32,000 bases of DNA, taken from positions 1,800,001 to 1,832,000 of the forward strand of contig NZ_CP021983.2 in the NCBI RefSeq assembly GCF_002075285.3, in the 5' to 3' direction. The notes under the pieces were generated by a model, which saw only the letters and a program-made list of their open reading frames with translations, did not search any database and was not told where the DNA came from. Of the stretch, positions 8,229 through 17,821 are shown in pieces (position 1 is the stretch's first letter; each line of letters opens with the position of its first letter). A program made the translations under genes and the position numbers. The stretch is from Halomicronema hongdechloris C2206 (GTDB taxonomy: Bacteria; Cyanobacteriota; Cyanobacteriia; Phormidesmidales; Phormidesmidaceae).

Positions 8229-9542
8229 GCGGAATCCAATGGATTCAGCAGGCTCGCCTGATCGATCCCCATTACAGCAACAGATCAGGTGGCCGATGTG
8301 TTGGTGGTCGACGGCTATATCCGGGCGATCGCATCGACCCTGGCAGGTAGCGATATTCCGGCGGCGGCGGCGGTCATCCGAGCTCAGGGCCAGATCTTAG
8401 GCTCCAGGGCTAGTCGATCTCTACAGCCATAGCGGTGACCCCGGCCATGGAGGCCCGCGAGAGCTTCGACTCCCTGATGGCGGCGGCCATTGCCGGGGGT
8501 GTCACCCGCCTAGGCCTGCTGCCGACCACCGAGCCACCGGTGGATGATGCGGCCATGGTGCAGCAACTGCTGCACCGTCGCCAGCAGCGCAGTCCAGTAC
8601 CATCCGACGCCCCCACCTCTATCTCTGGGGCGCCTCACCCGTCAGGCTCAGGGCCAGCAGCTGGGCGATCTTGGCGGAACTGGCGGCGGCGGGGGTGGTG
8701 GGCTTTAGTGATGGGCACCCCTGCCCCAGGCTTTACTGTTGCGGCGTCTGCTGGAGTATGGTCAATTTCTGGGGAAGCCGCTGGCTCTGTGGCCATGCGA
8801 TCGCACCCTCAGGGCCGACGGGGTGGTGCGCGACGGCACCGCTGCCCGCAGCTATGGCCTGGTGGGTCAGCCCGCCTGTGTGGAGACCTCGGCCTTAGCG
8901 GCCCTGCTAGAGTGTGTCGCCGACCTGGAGCTGCCCCTGCACCTCATGCGAGTCTCCACTGGCCGCAGTGTGGCCTTAATTCGCCAGGCGAAAGCCGAGG
9001 GGGTTCCCATCACCGCCAGTACCACCTGGCACCATCTGGTCTGCAATAGCGACGCCCTGGGCAGCTACGATCCTTCCCTGCGGCTAGAGCCTCCCCTTGG
9101 CACCCCGGCCGACCAAGCCGCCTTGATAGCCGGGGTGCAGCAGGGCACCATCGATGCCGTCGCCATCGACCACACTCCCTACACCTACGAAGAAAAGACC
9201 GTTGCCTTCAGTGCCGCCCCGGCCGGTGCCATCGGCCTAGAGCTGGCCTTACCGCTGCTGTGGCACTCCCTAGTGGAGACGGGCCACTGGTCTGCCCTCA
9301 CCCTCTGGCGCTGCCTCAGCACTGCCCCGGCCCAGTGCTGGGGCCAACCCCCTGCTACCCTGCAGCGCGACCATGCCGCTGAAATGGTCTTGTTCGATCC
9401 CCAGGCGAGCTGGACCGTAACCGCCCATACCCTCAAGTCTGCCGCCACCAACACTGTCTGGTTGGGGCAAACCATTCGCGGCCAAGTGCAGCGGCTGTGG
9501 GTGCCAGAGGCCCTGATCTCGACAACATACGCGGAGATTTGA
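8225..9542 (+). pseudogene. dihydroorotase-like amidohydrolase (cyanobacterial PyrC-like), disrupted by multiple frameshifts in its 5-prime 520 nt
   Basis: Recognisable peptide segments occur consecutively in different frames. The order is IQWIQQARLIDP, ITATDQVADVLVVDGYIRAI...RAQGQILG, PGLVDLYSHSGDPGH, EARESFDSLMAAAIAGGVTRLGLLPTTEPP, HLYLWGA, LTRQAQGQQLGDL and AELAAAGVVGFSDGHP. After these comes an intact 267-aa C-terminal ORF (8739..9542, ...STTWHHLV...AIDHTPYT...). The codon phase path is 2-0-1-2-1-0-1-0, which is 7 changes. GTG 8225 overlaps the upstream stop (GTGA). Confidence 0.75.
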
Positions 9543-9650
9543 TGGCTGGCTGGTCAGCCATCCCCCGTCATCCTGGCATGGGCAGTTTTGCGGCTCGCAG
9601 CATCAGTAAGAGTTGACACGGGTCCCCGAATTTGTAATCGTAAAGAACGT

Positions 9651-9722
9651 GCGGGTATAGCTCAGCGGTAGAGCGTCACCTTGCCAAGGTGAATGTCGCG
9701 CGTTCGAATCGCGTTACCCGCT
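9651..9722 (+). tRNA. tRNA-Gly (anticodon GCC)
   Basis: A 72-nt cloverleaf was folded by hand. Acceptor stem is GCGGGTA/TACCCGC plus discriminator T. D arm is GCTC-AGCGGTA-GAGC. Anticodon arm is TCACC-TTGCCAA-GGTGA, giving anticodon GCC. Variable loop is ATGTC. T arm is GCGCG-TTCGAAT-CGCGT. CCA is not encoded. Confidence 0.95.
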
Positions 9723-12240
9723 TATTGATTGCAGGCCTGATCCTCGGTTGCGGTTTGCCAGTGGCAGAGCACGCCGTAGAGACCCCAGATGGCCAGGGGG
9801 CGCAAATAGTGGCAGGCACGAAAGGTGCCGAGGGCGGTGATGGCTTCCGGGGTGCGAAATTGCAGGCCGTAGGCATAGATCTGCCGCACCACGGCGGCGG
9901 TAAGGTCTAGGGCTTGATCCACTCGCCCCATCAGGGCAAAGCCAGTGGCTAAGCCGAAGTTGATGCCGGTCCACACTTCCAGCTGGTGGGTGCTGTCGGG
10001 ATCTTCGGGGGAGCCGTCGGGCAAGACGCCGTTGGCAGCGCCGATAACGGTGCCGGGTTGGCCGGAGCGGAAGTTGCCGATTTGGGCCCCAGCAAATTTC
10101 TGGGTTTGGGGTTGGGCCTGGTGAGCGGCGTAGTGGTTGAATTTGAGGAAGCAGGCGTCGTAGATGGCATCTAGGGCCGATTGCAGCTGGGCCTCGGGGA
10201 CCAGGTCGGGCAGCCCCAATAGCCGCGCCCACACCTGGCCGCAGAGCTGATCGGCCATGACCACTTGGGAGCCACTGCCGCTGTCGAGGCGGTAGTAGCG
10301 GCCATTCCAGAGCTGTTGCTGGTAGACTTGGCGACTCTGGGCCAACCAGCACTGGTAGTGCTGTACTTGCTCGGGGGTAGCCGCCGGTGCCCGACCGGCG
10401 GCCATGAGCACCTCGGCCATTGCGATCGCAGATTCCAGGGCGGCCATCCAGAGGCCACCACAGTAGGCACTGACCCCCTTGAGCTGCCAATCATCGAAGG
10501 TTTGGTCGGGGGCGCCACCATTTTCTGGCAGGCCATCGCCGTCCTGGTCGAAGCCCTGTAGATAGGCCAGGGTCGCCGTCACCGCCGGCCAGCACTCCAG
10601 CAAAAAGTCCACATCGGTCTGGCCCGTGAGGCGATAGGCCCGATAGACCTGAATCACAAAATCACTGGGCAGGTCTTTCCACTGGTTACAGTCCTGGTAG
10701 CTGGTGTAGTTGGTCTGCACCCAGGGGTGTTCATTGGGGGCACCCAGATCGTGGGGGGTGGCCCCCCGGGCCTTGCGCATGGCCTGGGGACCCTCGACCC
10801 CGATGGTGGTGTAGTAGCCGATCACCCGCTGGCGGCTGTCTGCCTCGGGGATGGCCCGGGCAAAGGCCCGCAGCACCGCCTTCTCCAGTTCCGGCCATAG
10901 CAGCAGGGTGGCAAAGCCGCCGTAGAGGCGCACATCCAGGCTCTCGTACCAGCAGTAGTCAAAGCACTCCAGCACGGCAAACTGACCCACCGGATCCGCC
11001 GGGCTGGCGGCGGACCAGAGGCTGCCGCCGCTGGTGAGGTCATAGAGTTCATTGAACAGGGCCATCTTCAGCCAGTCCGGTAGCCGGGGCTGGGCCAGGA
11101 TGGGCTGCTGCCAGGCGATGATCTGCTCCTGCCAGCGGGGATACTGGGCCAGGGCGGTCGCGGCCAGGGACCAGGCCTGCTGGCCGTCACGGCCGAAAAA
11201 GTCAGTGTAGCGGCGATGGGCCGTGACGCCAGTGGCAAACTCCGTCACTGGCAGGTCCCAGCTGAGGACGAAGGGAATCTGGCGGGTTTCCCCCGGGGCC
11301 AGGGTAAAATCGCGATGCGATCGCCCCCCCCAGCTGTTCCCCCGCCGCTGCCGGGGTAGGGTCATCGACATTGGCCAAGGCACCATCCCGGCTAAAGGAT
11401 TGCCACAGATCGGCCCCATTCCCTTGGGGATGCCAGCGGCTGTGGTAGAACATCTCGGTCCCGGCAGCTGCCGTTGTCGCTAAGGCCCACTGGCCATCGC
11501 CTTCCGCCGGACGCGGGGATGGCGAGTTCTGGGCCCAGCCCCCTTGCAGCAGACAGCCCCCGCCACTCTCCCTGCTGCACCCAGCGATTATAGTTGCCCT
11601 CACTCTGGCCCAGACGGGGCACATAGTCATAAAAGGGACTGCCATCATCCCGCAACTGCACCTGAGGCGCCTTGCTGGCATTGGTAAACCAGCCCACCAT
11701 GTTCTGCCAGCTCAACATCACACTCAGGGTCAGGGGTCGGTCGGTGGCATTGTGAGCGGTCCAGCAAAACACCGCCACCGGGTAACTGCTTTCTCGATAG
11801 TTATGGGCCCAGATGGGGCTAAACTGCTCGCACCTGAGGGCCGCCTGGAAGACGCCGTCGTAGACATACCAACTGCGGGGGTAGAGGGCGTGGTAGGTGC
11901 CGCCCCCGGGATACCACTGCCACTGGCTGAGGGTGCCATCCGTCGGCCCGACGGTACTCAGAGCATAGGCCTGGGTCTGCCCTCCCCCTTGTTCAAAGAC
12001 ACTGAATTGACAGCCTGGAAAGGCCGCAAACACATGTTCGCCGCCGTCTAGGTGCCAGAGATTGAAGTCCCCCCGGGGAGAGCGACCGATGCAGCCAGCT
12101 CCAAATCCCCTAGGGGTGCCCCATGCCAGGGACCGTCATCTAAGTTGCTGGCATAGCGAACCACATAGTATATGGTCCCACCCCTGGCCGATGGGCCACT
12201 GCCAGGTATAGGGAGGAATCGATGGGATAGATGCTGCCAT
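9722..12240 (-). pseudogene. GBA2-type (bile-acid/glucosylceramide) beta-glucosidase, GH116-like, broken by at least 4 frameshifts in its 5-prime ~920 nt
   Basis: Segments in successive frames are MAASIPSIPPYTWQWPIGQGWDH (ATG 12240), YVVRYASNLDDGPWHGAPLG, GFGAGCIGRSPRGDFNLWHLDGGEHVFAAFPG...NYNRWVQQGEWRG, and CLLQGGW...GDGQWALATT...FYHSRWHPQGNG...GGAIA. These are followed by an intact 3-prime frame TLAPGETRQIPFVLSWDLPVTEF... running to the stop at 9722. One shift sits in a C/G homopolymer at 12107-12114 and another next to a C8 run at 11324-11331. Confidence 0.8.
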
Positions 12241-12364
12241 GGGCCTCTCAACATTCGCCGGATAGACCCCTCAATAGTAGGGCTATCCGGTGTACACAGG
12301 TTGCGCCAATCCAGGCACCATGACCTATCTGAGCAATGGCTGTTCGCCATTCTGATGGAATCCT

Positions 12365-12663
12365 CTAAGCTTGCCGCCAGCGGCAGCCGAACAGATTTTC
12401 TCGGGCCTCCTGATCCAGTGGTTTATCCTGGCGCACCCCTTTGAGCAATGCCAAGCCGCGCTGCAGCGCTGGCCGCGTCTGCAGGGCTTCAAACCAGCGC
12501 TGCCGGTGGGGGAAGTCGTCGAGATCCTGGCCTTGTGAAACTGGTCTCCAGCCATGGTGTTAATCGGATGGACGGTGTAGGGGAGGCCAGTTTCTTCCAG
12601 GAAGATGCTGATCTTCCAGCCGTTGGGGGTAGGCCAGTAGTAAAGCTCGATCGGATCCGCCAT
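12365..12663 (-). pseudogene. glutathione S-transferase remnant (N-terminal ~45 aa joined out of frame to C-terminal ~55 aa)
   Basis: MADPIELYYWPTPNGWKISIFLEETGLPYTVHPINTMAGDQF is the GST thioredoxin-like N-terminus. A different frame then reads QGQDLDDFPHRQRWFEALQTRPALQRGLALLKGVRQDKPLDQEAREN...*, a typical GST C-terminal tail. The ~130 aa expected between them are missing. Confidence 0.65.
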
Positions 12664-12795
12664 GGCTTGTCGCTCCGGGTGATGCTGCAGGACGCTGCCC
12701 TTCAGTGTAAAAGGTTCACCCGTGGCCATGAACCCGTTATCGTTCCCTGGGTGGAGTCGCAGGCAACGGTGATCTCAGCCTTGACTGGGAGTTAA

Positions 12796-13668
12796 TTACT
12801 TGATTCCTACCAGGGTGATATTTCTGAACAAGAGGGGATTGTTGGCGATTTTGTGGCGCCGCTGCCGGGGTTGCCGCTCGACGATGGCTTCGACGAGTCT
12901 GAAGCCCTGGACAATCACGGGATTTAGGGTGAGCGTAAAGACGCGGGATCGGCCAGATATCTTGCAGAGTAAGACCTTGGCAAAGTTGGCCTGCTTGAAA
13001 ATGGAGTACAGCTCTGAGACGGTATATTCTTTGAGATGAAATCCGGTGGCGGCGGCGTCAAAGTGTTTGGAAATATCGTGGGGGCCGCAGAGGCGATTGG
13101 GCGTGATGCAGATGTAGCATCCCCCTGGTTTGAGAGAATTAAATATGGCCTGGAGTTGTTCTACCGCATCATCGGGATGCAAATGCTCCATGAGCTGATG
13201 GCTAAAGGCCGTGTCCACAGAGGCTGCGGGGACGGGAATGTCGACACCATTCGATAAGACTAATGTGGCGTTGTCAGGCAATTGAGTCTGTTTAACGATT
13301 TCTGCGGATACATCTAGGGCATACACCGTCTGAAAGTGAGGCGATGCTGCTTTGACCAGGTGGCCATCGCCGCAGCCGATGTCTAGCAGGGTGCTTTTGC
13401 CCTGGGAACTGGGGTTGAAATGGGTGATTAGATCCACTCGCTGGTTGATCAGATATCGCGTGAAATCGGTCGCTTTTCTAGACCGTTGAGAATGATGGGG
13501 AACCCGACGAAAGAGTTCATCATAGAGGGTGGTATAGAGATGATGCTCGATCCGCTCTGTACGGGTGGAGTGTCGTAGTCGGTTGGCCAGCTCTTTTTCG
13601 ATCAGATAATGGTGCCTTAAGTCATCCCAACTTCTAGTATCTGCCGGGGCCTGGCTGCTCTCGACCAT
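12796..13668 (-). CDS. class I SAM-dependent methyltransferase
   Basis: 290-aa ORF with SAM motif I LLDIGCGDGHL, followed by VYALDVS and a later LKPGGCYIC motif. Confidence 0.85.
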   Translation of the reverse strand: MVESSQAPADTRSWDDLRHHYLIEKELANRLRHSTRTERIEHHLYTTLYDELFRRVPHHSQRSRKATDFTRYLINQRVDLITHFNPSSQGKSTLLDIGCGDGHLVKAASPHFQTVYALDVSAEIVKQTQLPDNATLVLSNGVDIPVPAASVDTAFSHQLMEHLHPDDAVEQLQAIFNSLKPGGCYICITPNRLCGPHDISKHFDAAATGFHLKEYTVSELYSIFKQANFAKVLLCKISGRSRVFTLTLNPVIVQGFRLVEAIVERQPRQRRHKIANNPLLFRNITLVGIK

Positions 13669-13857
13669 GACTAACTCTACTTTTTTCCAAATATAATGAT
13701 TGCAAGAATGCTCGGTCGGATAGTGAATTTGATTGCCTGGGCTGTTCCAACCAGCCAGCCAGATTCGATTGACTTCCCAATTTACGATGGCTGTGGCTTG
13801 CTTGAGCCCAATAGAGTCGCAGCTTCACGGTAACTTATTGCCCCAGGGCGCCACTCA

Positions 13858-14934
13858 TTACCCATTCCCCAAATTAAGGCGCCCCTGGTTGGCTTGCCGC
13901 TGCTGGATGAGTTCAAGGGCCAATGCGATCGCAGCTGTCATGCTGGTGGCATCGGCGATGCCTTGGCCAGCGATATCGAAGGCGGTGCCATGGTCGGGGG
14001 AGGTGCGCACAAACGGCAGGCCCAGGGTGGTATTCACCGCCCGGTCGAAGGCCATCAGCTTCACCGGAATCAGTCCTTGGTCGTGGTAGAGGGCCAGATA
14101 GGCATCATAGGTACTGGTCGAGGCCGTAGTACCATACCAGGCTTGGCCGGGGCCGACCCATAGGGTGTCGGGGGGGATGGGGCCGACCAACTCTGCCTGG
14201 GGATAGCGTTGCCGTTGCTGTTGCAGCCAGGGAATGATCCAGGTAGTTTCTTCGATCCCGAGCCGTCCTTGCTCACCGCTGTGGGGATTGAGACCTGCGA
14301 TCGCAACTCGGGGCCGACTCACCCCGAAATCTTGCTGGAGTCCGGCGAGCAACAGCGCCAGCTTCTGGCTGAGCAGCTCGGGCGTGAGAGCCTGGGGCAC
14401 CTGGGCTAGGGGAATGTGAGTAGTGGCCAATAATGCCCGCAACTGCCAACCGGTATGGGGAGAGCGGGCCACAAATGCCATGGCAAAACGGTGGCAGCCA
14501 GCCGCTTCGGCCAGCACCTCTGTCTGCCCCGGATACTCATGGCCGGCGGCATGCCAGGCAGACTTGGCAATGGGGGCAGTCACAATTCCCTGAAACTGAC
14601 CGACCAAAGTGGCAGCCAAGGCCATTTTCAGATAACCAAAACTAGCGGCACCGCTGGCAGCTGTCCCCTGGCCCCCAGGCAAGGTCTCTAAGGGTAGGTC
14701 CTCCGACCAGATGTCCAGGGTGGCAGGATCGGCCATCTTAGCGGCCGGGGCCAGCTGGTCATAGGTTCGCTGCAGCAGGAGCCGGCTGCCGACTACCGTG
14801 ATTCGAGCCGCTTGGGTGAGGCGGTCATCAGCCAAGGCCTTGAGCACCACCTCAGGGCCAATACCAGCGGGATCCCCCATGGGAATGACCAACCGCACCG
14901 GGGCAGGGCTTGCTGCAGAGAGGGAAGAAGGCAT
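13858..14934 (-). CDS. pdxA: 4-hydroxythreonine-4-phosphate dehydrogenase
   Basis: 358-aa ORF with PdxA hallmarks: [45 protein letters not shown]. Confidence 0.9.
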   Translation of the reverse strand: MPSSLSAASPAPVRLVIPMGDPAGIGPEVVLKALADDRLTQAARITVVGSRLLLQRTYDQLAPAAKMADPATLDIWSEDLPLETLPGGQGTAASGAASFGYLKMALAATLVGQFQGIVTAPIAKSAWHAAGHEYPGQTEVLAEAAGCHRFAMAFVARSPHTGWQLRALLATTHIPLAQVPQALTPELLSQKLALLLAGLQQDFGVSRPRVAIAGLNPHSGEQGRLGIEETTWIIPWLQQQRQRYPQAELVGPIPPDTLWVGPGQAWYGTTASTSTYDAYLALYHDQGLIPVKLMAFDRAVNTTLGLPFVRTSPDHGTAFDIAGQGIADATSMTAAIALALELIQQRQANQGRLNLGNG

Positions 14935-15214
14935 CGGGTCAGGGCCTAAACTGGTCTAAAATGAGGGCTGCATATCAACTTATCCTAAGTCCAACTCAGG
15001 ATCAGTCGCTTTCCCCAGTGACGTCTTCAGTCTGGGCTGAGACGAGGCCCATCTGGCCTACTCAGGGTCAAGACTAAGCGCCTACCCAGGCATGTCTGAG
15101 ACATGCAACCGTGTCCAAGCCCAGACCAAAAGGCTTATTCAAGCGGACGACGCCCGATCTCGAGCTGGATTTGGTGTATCCCGAGCAATCACCGAGAGGA
15201 GAATCATTACGACT

Positions 15215-15319
15215 ATGGGCAGCGAAATTACCAACACCGCACTGTTAAGTTTTGTATTGGTGCTGATTGGCATGGCCGTAGGGTTTGCCATGCTGCGGAT
15301 TCAAGGGGATGAAGAGTAG
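15215..15319 (+). CDS. petM: cytochrome b6f complex subunit PetM (34 aa)
   Basis: MGSEITNTALLSFVLVLIGMAVGFAMLRIQGDEE has a single TM helix and an acidic tail ending like known PetM (..LQGSEE). A GAGAGGAG SD lies about 12 nt upstream. The longer track ORF (15092..) is taken as a spurious upstream extension. Confidence 0.8.
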   Translation: MGSEITNTALLSFVLVLIGMAVGFAMLRIQGDEE

Positions 15320-15402
15320 GCCTAGGGTATCAGCCCGCCCTCCAGAAAGGAGACGATATCTGATAGCCTTAGAGAAAGTTAAATTTTTGTTTCAATTCCC
15401 TC

Positions 15403-16359
15403 ATGAAAATATTGGTTGTCGGTGCTACTGGCACCCTAGGTAGACAAATCGTTCGCCACGCCCTGGACGAGGGATACGAGGTGCGGTGTCTAGTCCGCAG
15501 TGCTCAGCGGGCAGCTTTTCTGAGGGAATGGTCCGTTGAGCTGGTGCGGGGCAATCTCTGTCGGCCAGAGACACTCCCTGCCGCTTTAGACGGGGTTGAT
15601 GCCGTCATTGATGCCGCCACGGCTCGCCCGACAGACCGGGTAGAGCAGGTGGATTGGCACGGAAAGGTGAACCTGATCCAGGCCACCCACGCCGCTGGGA
15701 TCAAGCGTTTCATCTTTTTCTCGATTCTGAACGCTGAAAAATATCCCCATGTGCCGTTGATGCAGGTGAAGCAGTGTACCGAGGCATTCCTGGCTGAATC
15801 GGGGCTAGATTACACGGTGTTTAAGCCCTGCGGTTTCCTACAAGGGCTGATTGGTCAATATGCCATTCCCATCCTGGAGAAACAGCCCATCTGGGTCATG
15901 GGTCAGGCGGCCCCCATTGCCTACATGAATACTCAAGACATCGCCCGCTTTGCCATCAAGGCCTTGACCCTGCCTGAAACGGTGAATCGAGCCTTTCCCC
16001 TAGCCGGGACCCGGGCCTGGGGAGCCTACGAGATTATCCGGTTGTGTGAACGACTCACCGGCCAAGATGCCAAGATATCTCGCATATCTCTGGGGTTACT
16101 CCGTGGGGTCCGCCGCCTGGCCAGTTTCTTTCAATGGGGCTGGAACCTGGCTGACCGTCTGGCCTTCGTAGAGGTGGTGGCGGGCAGCCAAGCCCTAGAT
16201 GCGCCCATGGATGACGTCTATGCCACCTTCGGCATTGATAAGCAGGAGATTACCACCCTGGAAGAATACCTGCAGGAGTACTTCAACCGGATCATGAAGA
16301 AGTTGAAGGAGCTCAATTACGACCGCGATAAGGCCAAGAAGAAAAAAGTTCCGTTCTAG
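15403..16359 (+). CDS. ycf39: Ycf39 (NmrA-like atypical SDR; PSII assembly factor, HCF244 homolog)
   Basis: MKILVVGATGTLGRQIVRHAL..., VDWHGKVNLIQA, GLIGQYAIPILE, PIAYMNTQDIARFA and the C-terminal LEEYLQEYFNRIMKKLKELNYD closely match my memory of Synechocystis Slr0399. Confidence 0.9.
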   Translation: MKILVVGATGTLGRQIVRHALDEGYEVRCLVRSAQRAAFLREWSVELVRGNLCRPETLPAALDGVDAVIDAATARPTDRVEQVDWHGKVNLIQATHAAGIKRFIFFSILNAEKYPHVPLMQVKQCTEAFLAESGLDYTVFKPCGFLQGLIGQYAIPILEKQPIWVMGQAAPIAYMNTQDIARFAIKALTLPETVNRAFPLAGTRAWGAYEIIRLCERLTGQDAKISRISLGLLRGVRRLASFFQWGWNLADRLAFVEVVAGSQALDAPMDDVYATFGIDKQEITTLEEYLQEYFNRIMKKLKELNYDRDKAKKKKVPF

Positions 16360-16367
16360 GCCCTACC

Positions 16368-17190
16368 ATGCACAGGCTGCTAACCGGTCCTCTGACGTTA
16401 GAGCGGGTTACCATCCCCATCGTGGGTCTCTCTCCTGATCATCAGGGCTTGCGGTTAGTACAGCTCTCTGACTTTCACTGGGATGGGCTACGTCTGTCTC
16501 CTTGGCTGCTGCGGCGTGCCATCGCCCAGAGCAATGCCATGACGCCTGACTTGGTGATGCTGACGGGGGATTTTGTGACTAAGGAGCCAACCCCTATCCA
16601 TGAATTGGCGCGTCATCTGGCAACTCTGGAGAGCCGCTATGGGGTCTATGCCGTCCTAGGCAACCACGATAACTTCAGTCTCAAGGAGCGTCTCACTATC
16701 ATTGAGGGGCTGCAGCAGGCGGGCATTCAGGTGTTGTGGAACCAGATTGCCTATCCCCTGGGGCCAGGGCTAGCGGTGGTGGGATTGGCAGACCTGTGGT
16801 CCCGGGAGTTTGCCCCGGCCCTCGCTATTCGAGTCCTTGGCCCCCCAATGCCCGCGTCTGGTGCTGTGTCATAACCCTGACGGAGCAGCTCAGTTGCAGG
16901 CCTGGCGGGTCGATCTGCAATTGTCGGGCCATACCCATGGCGGCCAAATTAGGGTGCCGGGGATGGGGCCGTTGCCTCAGGTGCTGGGACAGGTGCGGGC
17001 TCGCCTCCCTAGGGCAATTTATCGTCGTTTGCCTTATCTCGCGGCGCTGGTGATCAGGTGGTCCACCAATGGAACTGGGCGGCAGGATTCTACCGCCTGG
17101 GCCAGAACCAACTCTACGTCAATCGCGCTGGGACTTACCTGCCGGGACGATTACGTGTCCCCCGAAGTCACCCAGATTACCCTGATTAGC
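16368..17190 (+). pseudogene. calcineurin-like metallophosphoesterase, 3-prime half frameshifted (at least 3 frame changes); end approximate
   Basis: The intact 5-prime part has LSDFHWD, MLTGDFV and LGNHDN. The remainder is split across frames: ...LWSREF, then LFESLAPQCPRLVLCHNPDGA...LSGHTHGGQIRVPG, then DQVVHQWNWAAGFYRLGQNQLYVNR, then PEVTQITLI. Codon phases run 0-1-2-1. Confidence 0.75.
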
Positions 17191-17816
17191 AGGGCAGCGG
17201 ACTCACCCTGGCCCGATGCAGCAAGCGCTCACCATGGTGTAGCCACTGTAGCGAATCTTGACGGCCTCCCCAGTTGGCGGTGCCCTGCATTTACGTCGTG
17301 AGCTTGAGGATCGTAGGCACTGCTGTCCCCACCGTGCGATCGCATGCACACCCCAAGCCGCCAGTAGCTTCTCTAGGCTGCACTAGGGGCAGTAGGCGCT
17401 CGCCAGCAATTGGGGATTTTGCTCCACTGCATGACCGCCGTGGGCCACTGCAACAGCCAGGGCTCGATGATCTGGCAGGGCCTGCTGCTGCACTGCCTGC
17501 CTCAACCTCCTCGCCTGATGATCGAGTTGGCTACGCAGCCGTTCATATTCCTGGCGGAATGGGGACGGCAGGGGCTGCTCCTCCTGTCTAGGTCCGCCTA
17601 ATTCCCGCAGCAGCGTGGCCATGGGCACCTGCAAAGCTTGGCTCACCTGCACCAGATTATGCACCCGCAACCGCGTGATCTGTGACCCGCCGTATCTGGC
17701 GCACCGCCCACTCCGAGACCTCTGCCTGGCGGCAAAGGGCACGGAAACTGGGAATTCTCAGCCTCAGCCATCAACCGCCGTAGGGCTGGAGTGTAGTCAG
17801 GCTGGAGAAGACTCAT
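17186..17816 (-). pseudogene. HTH (XRE-like) plus GrpE-like C-terminal domain protein, multiply frameshifted
   Basis: Segments in shifting frames are MSLLQPDYTPALRRLMAEAE, IPSFRALCRQAEVSEWAVRQIRR, ITRLRVHNLVQVSQALQVPMATLLRELG...QEYERLRSQLDHQARRLRQ, ALQIIEPWLLQWPTA, HAVEQNPQLLASA, LLPLVQP..AWGVHAIA, YDPQAH, GEAVKIRYSGY and HGERLLHRARVSPLPC*. The last part resembles the GrpE beta-domain pattern (FDP..HE...V..GY....LR.A.V). The start lies 5 nt after the srxA stop. Confidence 0.6.
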
Positions 17817-17821
17817 GGCAT

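Noticed and set aside
8435-9049. 204-aa ORF, together with 8671..8898 and 8122..8400, as independent genes.
   Set aside because: Each contains only a short stretch of genuine dihydroorotase-like sequence followed by Arg/Gly/Pro-rich out-of-frame read-through. They are fragments of the frameshifted gene 8225..9542.
9600-12700. Genomic island integrated at tRNA-Gly, since pseudogenes flank the tRNA.
   Set aside because: I saw no integrase, transposase or phage ORF, no direct repeat of the tRNA 3-prime end, and a composition similar to the neighbours.
15092-15214. Upstream 41-codon extension of petM in the track ORF (15092..15319) and the overlapping ORF 15103..15312.
   Set aside because: PetM is ~31-36 aa. 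The internal ATG at 15215 has a proper SD, and the extension is hydrophilic and Arg-rich with no homology.
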